Below are positions 1 to 8,200 of a stretch of DNA of 64,000 nt, in pieces. Every line of letters starts with the position of its first letter. Positions within the stretch are counted from its first letter, which is position 1. Location: positions 2,270,436 to 2,334,435 of the forward strand of contig SMSO01000031.1 of NCBI GenBank assembly GCA_004764695.1, given 5' to 3'. A program made the position numbers and the translations under genes. The stretch comes from Schizochytrium sp. TIO01. Lineage: Eukaryota; Protista; Bigyra: Labyrinthulomycetes. The notes beneath the pieces were generated by a model that was not told where the DNA came from, searched no databases, and saw nothing but the letters and a program-made list of their open reading frames with translations.

Positions 1-1552
1 CGCTGCGATGGACCTTCCTTTGTACTACGGCTCTTCAATTGCAAGTAAAAGCGCGCTTCCATACCAAAACTAAGTTTGTTTATTCAGCCATCCATGTCTA
101 TGACCACTTCTACTGTTTACTCTAACCCTGTGCTTCTCTTTCATCGAGTTTAGCCTAGACAGCCGTAAAACCACTCTAGCGCACCGTATCAGTCGCTTTT
201 TGCACGTGCACGACGTGCGTCTGTATTTGTTTGGCTTCCTTCCCTTTTAACGTGTGTTTAGAGAATGGATTAGGAGTGGGCTAGTGCTGTCCAAGTTTAT
301 CTCCTCAGCAATTTCAGACCTCGATCGTTCGATAGCAGGTACGTAAGTACAGTATTTCTGAAGTGGTCGAAGCTTCTCCAAGCAAAGCTCGGACTGGATT
401 CGCTCGAGGCAAAAGGTGGGTTGATGTCTGGCATTAATCCTGGTGGAGAGACACGCAAGCAAGTCTGGGATAAAATGGTGCGGCGACAATGGCCAGAGAA
501 GAAGTAGAACAGAGCATCCACGGCTTGCGAGTGCAATATTCAAGGCAGGACTTAAGACGAGAGAACGAACTTTGCGGGTGCACATAGTGGGCACTAGCTA
601 GCTAGTTATGACTTAGGTAATTGCACTTCAGGCTTCTCTGTGTTAGTCGAAGGAATACGTAGGTGGTAGTTGTGGGCATACAGGCTCTTCAATTATAGCA
701 ACCAAGTTAAGACTATGTTTTCGCAAGCTTTAAATTAGGTTACCATTCTGTATCTCGGTGTTGAGCAACATAACAATTGTCTTCACAATACCAGCGGTTC
801 CAATGCTGTAGAATTGGCAGGGAGTTGCATTGCCATAATTCCCTAATAGTCTTAAACCTTAAGAATGAGAAGCCTTTGTGGACTTCCTGAGGTCTGAATT
901 CACCCTCCCCTAGTGCTTTCGTAAGCTTGCCTGAATGTAAAATTAAAAGATGGCTGCCTAGAGTTTGAATAAAGCTCTTCAAGATTCCTTCAAAGAGCGG
1001 CAATGTAATAACCATCTATGAAATATTTCTTTCGAAAACAAATAGTAACCAGTAATTATCAAAAATATAATCGGTGGTAGCCTTCGTAGAAAAATATCTA
1101 ATTTGCTTGTAGCTTGATATTATTCTTTCTGAGAAATTTATTTTACTATTGGGTGGTCCACTCAGCCAAACATCATATTTGCTAAACTGCTTGACCTGCT
1201 TGTGGCAAAACCGTGATCTTGTGCGTTTTGGCTTTTATACAGAATCATAGCTACCCCCTACCACTACCAGCTCCTAATAACACCAGTAGCAAAACCCCCA
1301 TGAATAGTCTTAATGAAGCCTTAGCGATCCCTAGTGAATAAATATAACATGAACACCTTCGTCGGTTACCAATTCTGTCTAATCTTTGGCGCAGAGCCCG
1401 AAACCACCACCGAGCTTAGAGTTCCAAAGCTTCTCAGGCAAAAGCTTTGGAGGTTTCCGAAGACTGCGCTAAAACCGTGGTGCGTTGTACGCGTTTTGCG
1501 GACGACCTGTGGACTATTTGTACAGTCACACAAAGCCGAAAGCTGGCGCAGG

Positions 1553-2541
1553 ATGGACGGTTTGCTCGACAAGGTAAGTCACTAAGTGAACGATGGCAGA
1601 GCAATCTTCTGTGCAAGAGGCTCACGTGGTTCAAGCGACTGCGACACTTACAGATTCAAGATCACTGAGGATGTAGGAAAGATCATGTGCTACTACTGCT
1701 ATTGCAAACACAATTGCTGTTGTCAATGTCAATCGCATGTTACAATTTTTCGATGCCACCGACTAGTTGGTATTTATTGTATGTGCATTCGCAGAGCAAC
1801 TTCGTCAACCTGTTGTATCAATACATCCATGGTCGCTCATGCAATCATCAACATACAGACTTACTAACATGGGTTGTATATGTGTACTTTATTTTTTTTG
1901 AGAAGGAAATGGGCGAGAACACCGGAGATAAAGCAAACCAGGATGTACTCCAGGCAAATGGCAAACAGAAAAGGGCTCCACTTGATTTGCCAGCGGATAT
2001 GACTGTGGAAGAATATCTGAATGCAGAATGTGAAAAGCAGGTCGCCGATATTCAAAACTATGCTCAAGGTCTTGTAGAGAAGCTCAAGAATGAATATGCG
2101 AGTCTCAAGAAGGAGTTCATGAATGATCTTAAAGAAGAGGCGGCACGGAAAGCAGCTGAAGAAGATACCAATGACCAAGACAATATGCAAGTTGTCCTCC
2201 ATTTCAATGTCGTGGAGGGTGTTTACCAAGGCAAAACATATACTCTCAATGTTGAATGTGGGAAGCCCGCATTTATCGGGCGTTCGCGAGGCAAAAAGTT
2301 TTATCAACCTGGAGGAATCAGTTTGTCACGCGATGATGAAACCTCGACAACACACGGTCGCTTTGATCTTAAAGAGGATGGAACATGTACCTATACTGAC
2401 TTGACTTCGACTAATGGCTCTTTCCTCAATTACAGTGAAGACAAGCTAGAAGAGAATGTTGAGACAATGATCTCCGTGGATGACGTCCTGAAGATTGGTA
2501 CAAATTTTTTCAAGCTTTGCTCCATTGACAAGTCATCCTAA
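1553..2541 (+). CDS. FHA-domain protein with N-terminal coiled coil; probably two exons (1553-1573 and ~1903-2541)
   Basis: C-terminus has FHA hallmarks (FIGRS, S-T-T-H, DLTSTNGSFLN). Candidate exon 1 is ATG GAC GGT TTG CTC GAC AAG|gtaagt (donor at 1574). Acceptor is ttttttttgag|aag at 1902 or 1905, in frame with the main ORF. An alternative start is ATG 1909. Confidence 0.85.
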
Positions 2542-3115
2542 CGTCGAATTTCAAAATTCATGAGAAGCTCATACATGACATGATTCACCACTAAATCTGC
2601 CCAGATTTCCCCCTTGCTAACACCAACTGTTCTCTTATCTTCAATTTTGCGCACTTTTCAATTTCTCTTATCTTGCTTCATTTTATTTTTTTCTCTTTGG
2701 TTTGGTATAATATGCTGGACCTCAACCTATCCAGGTTTACTCTTACAGATACTTCTCTTGCTTTAAAGATGCATCATGCTAACATTAAGGGGTGACTGCT
2801 TTGTTCACTTCTCCCAGCTTCATTTGATTTGCTGCTGTTGCGTACGTGAACCAAACATTTTAATGTATACCTGCAAAATTTATATAGTGAAATATCGGGA
2901 AATAGTCAGAATTTTACAGCAGTGTTCTGCCCCTGACACCTGTTTGCCATCTCGAGCAAGTGTTGTTTATCAATTTAAGAATGATTGTGATAATTCTTTT
3001 TAAAGTTTTTTTTTTTTTTTTAGTTTTCAGGCTGAGAACGAGATATTGTGATTGACGACTTTGATTTTCGCCCTCCACCAAACAAACCTAAATCTTGGGC
3101 TACTGCACAACACAC

Positions 3116-5227
3116 ATGGCCCCGCGAAGGCTACCCAGGCGCTTGGTGCTGCTATGGTGGTTGGCAGTAGCAGCAGTCGGTGGCCTTTTTGAATGTCTTG
3201 TGAGTTGTGCGGAAGGTCACGTGGCAAGCTCGATCGTAGCGGATCCTGACAAGGAAAGAGACTCGCGCTGCAAGGAAGCCCCTAGTGACAATGATTTTAA
3301 GGAAGATCACAAGCCTAGGCCTTTAAGAGTCCTCGCAGTTGCTATGGCATTTAGAGGGCATGCAATGCCCATGTTTGAGCTCACAGACGAACTTCTTCGG
3401 CGAGGCCACGAAGTGCGAATGGCTATTCAAGATGAAGGACTACCATGGTACGCGGAACATCGATGTTTGGAGTCCAACTTCACCTCAAGCTGCTGTCAGG
3501 GCTACAGAGCATGCCCACGTGGGGAGCTTATATCTTTGGGAGGCTTAATTCATGGTGGATCTGCAGTTCGTAAACACTTGTACTCTGTAGTAGACGACTC
3601 CTCACTCATTCATGGTATATGGGGCGTTCTAAGGGACCTCTATCTTGGCCAGGCCACACGCACAGTCATACGCTTATGCAGGTTCTTACAAGGAGCAATA
3701 GACGCAAACGTCACATCATGTAACTTTATGGACCCCTTCAATGATGTAGAGCAAACCAAGGGTCATGATATTGGGCCAGATGAACTTGTTAATCCAGATA
3801 TGTGGTTTCCAGATGTGATCCTCTCCGATATTGGCGCAATAGGCGTTGCAGAAATTTCAGACTTGTTTAATGTTCCTTTGGTATTAAATAGCCCAACATT
3901 GTTTTTCTCCTTTGGTGACCCACAGCAAAGCTCATCGAGACACCTGCCAGGCTGGGGATCGGGGTTTTCCCGCCACATGGGCTTCCTAGACCGTTGCATC
4001 AATGTTGTGTATCCTAGGCTGATGGCAGCTGCACTCACACCAGACTTTGTACTACTAAATCAACTACTTGAGAATATGGGACTTCCTTCCTTCCACTCTC
4101 AGTATGCAATCTTTCAAGGTCGACATATGCTCGTTGACTCCGTGATAGGCTTTGAATATCCTCGCTTCCTTGAACCAACTGTGCACTTCATTGGTTTGCT
4201 GCAACGAGGAAACTACCATGGCCTTCCTGGTCAAGTACCCCAGCGCGAAGTGTCTCTAGGATGGCTTGCCGAGCAAGTTGCACAAGATCGCCCAATCGTG
4301 GTGGTTGCGTTGGGGTCAATTGGAATTGTAAGCACGGACCTTATGCAAGTGTTTTTGCACGGGATGCGCAACTTTTCAGTGATGTGGATTGTCTCTACAG
4401 AGCCTGGCCGTGAGCCATCTGGATCAGCGGAAGTTAATGCCGCTAATTTCCTTACCTTTCTTCAAAAGGTTCGGCCTCAACTTGCTCATGCATCGATGAA
4501 TGTAGCTCATCACGATCTCATAGCTTCGTTTATTGATTTTTGCCGTGATACAGAACACCTCACTGAATGGCACTTAGACTTATGTCCAGTCTCACGCGCC
4601 AGAACTCCCTCCCAAGCATCCTCATCATCTACTAAAGCTGATGAAGATCGTCAAGACGAGGGGTTGCAGTACGCGGTTCCCAATCACTTCTTCGTTCATG
4701 AGCAAACAAGTTACTTACCTTTGACAGAATTGCTCTCGCAGCCAAACATCCGTGCAACTGTATCATATTGTGGTCTCTCAATTGTACAGGAGAGTATTCG
4801 TGCACAGACGCCACTTGTTTGCCTTCCCCTTTTTGCAGACCAGTTTGATGTAGCTGCTCGTGTGGCTGATCTTGGTGTAGGCGTCACGATCAACCGTGAA
4901 CGCGCCGCTACTGAAGAGGATGTGGAAGAAGCTTTGAGAATAGAATATCCAAGAAGTGTTCTTGTTCGTGCAAGCCGCCTCTTTCGTAATTTGGACGGTA
5001 AACGGCTTGCTGGAGATGTGATTGAATATGTAGCGAGAAGGCCTCCGCAAAGCCTCTTTCGGTCGAAAAACAATTCATGGCCTTTTTTTCGTGCTTTAAA
5101 TTATGACATTATTGCATTAGTTCTAAGTGCAATCGTCTTTATTGCAAGTCTCTGTATTATGCTGCTAAAAGGTATACGCCGCGGACTCAGATTCAACAGC
5201 GTGCCACATGAGCCATGTACCAATTGA
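3116..5227 (+). CDS. UDP-glycosyltransferase (GT1/UDPGT family) with signal peptide and C-terminal TM helix
   Basis: Motifs RGHAMPMFELTDELLRRGHEV (catalytic His region), PDVILSD, VVVALGS and a UGT-signature-like SYCG...QESI...PLVCLPLFADQ. Hydrophobic N-terminus and C-terminal TM (IIALVLSAIVFIASLCIMLL) followed by a basic tail. First ATG at 3116. Confidence 0.9.
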   Translation: MAPRRLPRRLVLLWWLAVAAVGGLFECLVSCAEGHVASSIVADPDKERDSRCKEAPSDNDFKEDHKPRPLRVLAVAMAFRGHAMPMFELTDELLRRGHEVRMAIQDEGLPWYAEHRCLESNFTSSCCQGYRACPRGELISLGGLIHGGSAVRKHLYSVVDDSSLIHGIWGVLRDLYLGQATRTVIRLCRFLQGAIDANVTSCNFMDPFNDVEQTKGHDIGPDELVNPDMWFPDVILSDIGAIGVAEISDLFNVPLVLNSPTLFFSFGDPQQSSSRHLPGWGSGFSRHMGFLDRCINVVYPRLMAAALTPDFVLLNQLLENMGLPSFHSQYAIFQGRHMLVDSVIGFEYPRFLEPTVHFIGLLQRGNYHGLPGQVPQREVSLGWLAEQVAQDRPIVVVALGSIGIVSTDLMQVFLHGMRNFSVMWIVSTEPGREPSGSAEVNAANFLTFLQKVRPQLAHASMNVAHHDLIASFIDFCRDTEHLTEWHLDLCPVSRARTPSQASSSSTKADEDRQDEGLQYAVPNHFFVHEQTSYLPLTELLSQPNIRATVSYCGLSIVQESIRAQTPLVCLPLFADQFDVAARVADLGVGVTINRERAATEEDVEEALRIEYPRSVLVRASRLFRNLDGKRLAGDVIEYVARRPPQSLFRSKNNSWPFFRALNYDIIALVLSAIVFIASLCIMLLKGIRRGLRFNSVPHEPCTN

Positions 5228-8200
5228 TCGGTATGGCCTCCACGCGGTCGAGAGTTCAAGTAGTTCATATTCGTCCGGAAGTCGGACAACCTTTGTGTCT
5301 TCTACCTCTTCGCCATTAGATAAATTGTATAACCTTTTGAAACCCTTTCGTACAACCAAATCTCCATAAGGTAGCACATCAGGTCGACCCAAAGAAAAAA
5401 GAAGAAACATGTGAATACTCCAAGGTCCGATTCCCTTGACTTTTATAAGCGAGTTAAAGACCTCATCGTCTGACATTGAATCTAGACGTTTTCGAGAGAG
5501 ATCTTGAGTCTGAAAATGCTCAGATAGACTCTTTACATATTCTGCCTTTCGTGCGCTAAGTCCTGCACTTCGCAAGTCCTCGATCGATGTTTTCATTATC
5601 CGCGTAGGGGTGATATCGTTCTCTAAAAGTGCATCAAAACGCTTAAAAATGCTAGCGCCTGCCTTCGTCGAGATTTGTTGATAAATTATAGATCTCGTTA
5701 AAGCCATGAACGGGTCAGCCACACCTACCTTCTCCATGAGTTTTGTGGGAGCACCCACTTGATTGACCACGTTCGCCATTTTGGGATCATTTTTTGCAAA
5801 GTGTGCGAGCGCTTGAGCCATCAATTCGTCAGAAATCTTTTGGGGTGGCCCCTGACCCAAGAATTCGGTTTCACTAGGACGTTTCTTACGCTTAGGTTTC
5901 AATGGACCTTTGACAACGCTTTTGGCCTCATTCTTTTCTGCTAGAGTTTTCCTCTTGCTTGCAGTTTCTCCCTGAGAAACTGACTTGCGGCGCTTTGCTG
6001 GTGGTATTTCTTCTGCGGTTTTTAAATTGGATGCAGGCATGTAGTTTGCATCTTGCTTGTCTTCGTCGCTAGAAGTAGCCACCTCATTCTCCTCTTCCAA
6101 AACGTCATGTTTTCTTTTCCGAGCTGTGGTTCTACGGGTGGTGCTGGGTGGCTTCAGTGAAATATCAGTACTGGTACCTCCAGTAATTGAAATTGATGCA
6201 CTTGAAAGATACTCCTCATTATCAATGAAGGTCTCCAAATGAGACCGAAAGTCATTCGCTAAAGCGCCCCCGTAACGAGTTTTGTAGCGCTGCGCTGGTG
6301 CCTGAGGCTTAGACGACCCTTTCTTTGTTTTCGCTGTAGTTCTTTCTGTATCGAAAATGGATTCCATAGAGCTCATTGCGCGTTCTTGAAAAGTCCGTGA
6401 AAGAGGATCTAAATACTGGCGGAAGAAAGATCCGCAGATGCGGATATTAGCTGCCTCAGCTTCTTCAATTGTGTCGTGTGCAACAACAACAGTAAGTAAC
6501 AGGTTCTTCACTTTCTGTCCAGGTCGATCAATACGACCTTTCATCTGCTCCATTATATCTCCAGGTTGTGGCCGGGTAACAACTGCATCAGCGTACTCTT
6601 GTAGATTAAGGCCATGCGAGCCCTCACGGACAGTGACTATCAAGACATTCTTAGCATCTCCGCTACCAGGTAATGTCTCTGAATTAGGAATTGCTTTCAA
6701 CAGTAGCTTTTTCTCATTTTCATTAGCCGCAAATACGAGTGGGCGTCGTTTAGACTTGCGAAACGTTTCAACCTCGCTAGCGATTGCGTTTACAGCGAGA
6801 GTTTGCTCGTAGTTGTGGCGAAGAAAAGTTTTCAAATCCTTGTAAAGCGAACGTGCATCTGATACACCATGACCATGAAAACTCTGTTCTACCAGAGCAC
6901 GATATCTCTGTTTGGCATCGTCATCTAAATAAACAGGCCGAAATTCCATATGCCACTTACGAGGGTTTTCAGGGAGTGCAACGATGGCGTGCTCGCTCAA
7001 AAGAGTTGCAAGATACGGCTGAATTCGTGGTAGAGGACTACGTAACATGCGAATCAAAACAAAAAGGTCAGACATGCGGGAACGATACATAGTTGCAGAC
7101 AACATCATAACTCCACAGCGACTTGCCAACACCTGACGCCAAGCTGCAAAACTTTGCAATGCAGTTTGTGACTGCACTGAGACAGCTTCATCAATGATTA
7201 CCAAATCCCAACCCAAAGTTGAGAATGGATGATCGCGTGCTCTCCCAAGCGTTGTCAGCACGATGCTGTCCGCATCAACTTTGATGTGACGGCCCCTCGC
7301 AATACGGCGTGCTGGTTCCCCAGCGTTTGATATGCCTAAGGTCTTTAAAAATCCACTCTTGTCCTGAGCTAAGACATGGACACCCTTTGTATGCAGCATG
7401 ATTTGAGTGGTCCATTCTGAGATCAAAGAATTAGTAGGTAAAAGAACCAAGCTACCACGCAAAGTTTCACCTCGGCTTGAAATAATCTTTTGTGCACTAG
7501 CAATGCAGGCGAGCGCAGAAAGGGTTTTACCAGCACCAACGGTCGAAGCATCAGCGAAACCAAGCATTCCGTCTTGAATCCCCTCTGTTACTTTGTCAAC
7601 CGTTTCTTGCTGATGTGACCACAGTTTGGTTGTTACCTCAATCTGGGAAGCAAGCTGCTGCTTCATTCCATCTGCGTCTTCCTCTTCCACAGGAAAAGCC
7701 AGCTTGCGAAGGGATTCTATGAAGTCCACATATTGCAGGTTAGACTTGCTTAGAATGCGGAAGCGTGTGAACGTTTGAAATTGATGTTCCTTCACACGTT
7801 CAATACAACCAGGGTAGAGCGCAGCGAGGCCAAACATGACACGAAGCGCAGTCCCTTCATTAGTGAAGTCTTGCTGCCAGTGCTGTGAGTTCACTCCAGC
7901 TGATGCTGAAAGACTGAATGAGTTTCCTTCCATCATCATTATTTTCAGCAACAGGTCACGAAAGACGTGGGGTGTGATTGGAGTTGCCTCAAGAATGGAG
8001 CTCCAGTTGTAGACAGCGTCTACATTTCCATGTCGCCCGCATCTTGCCGCATCCTCAAGACGACGAAAGAGGTCCATGTAACTTGTGGTAGGCGTCTTCC
8101 CAGCCTTTGCTTTTTTTATTTTCAAACTAGCACTAGGTGTTGTAGAACACTCTGAAGATATATAGAATGCTTCCTCAACAAGTTGACGAAGCTCTCCGTA

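Noticed and set aside
247-1015. Minus-strand ORFs 247-594 and 740-1015, the latter with ag/gt borders
   Set aside because: No recognisable domain or codon bias; could not build a coherent gene model.
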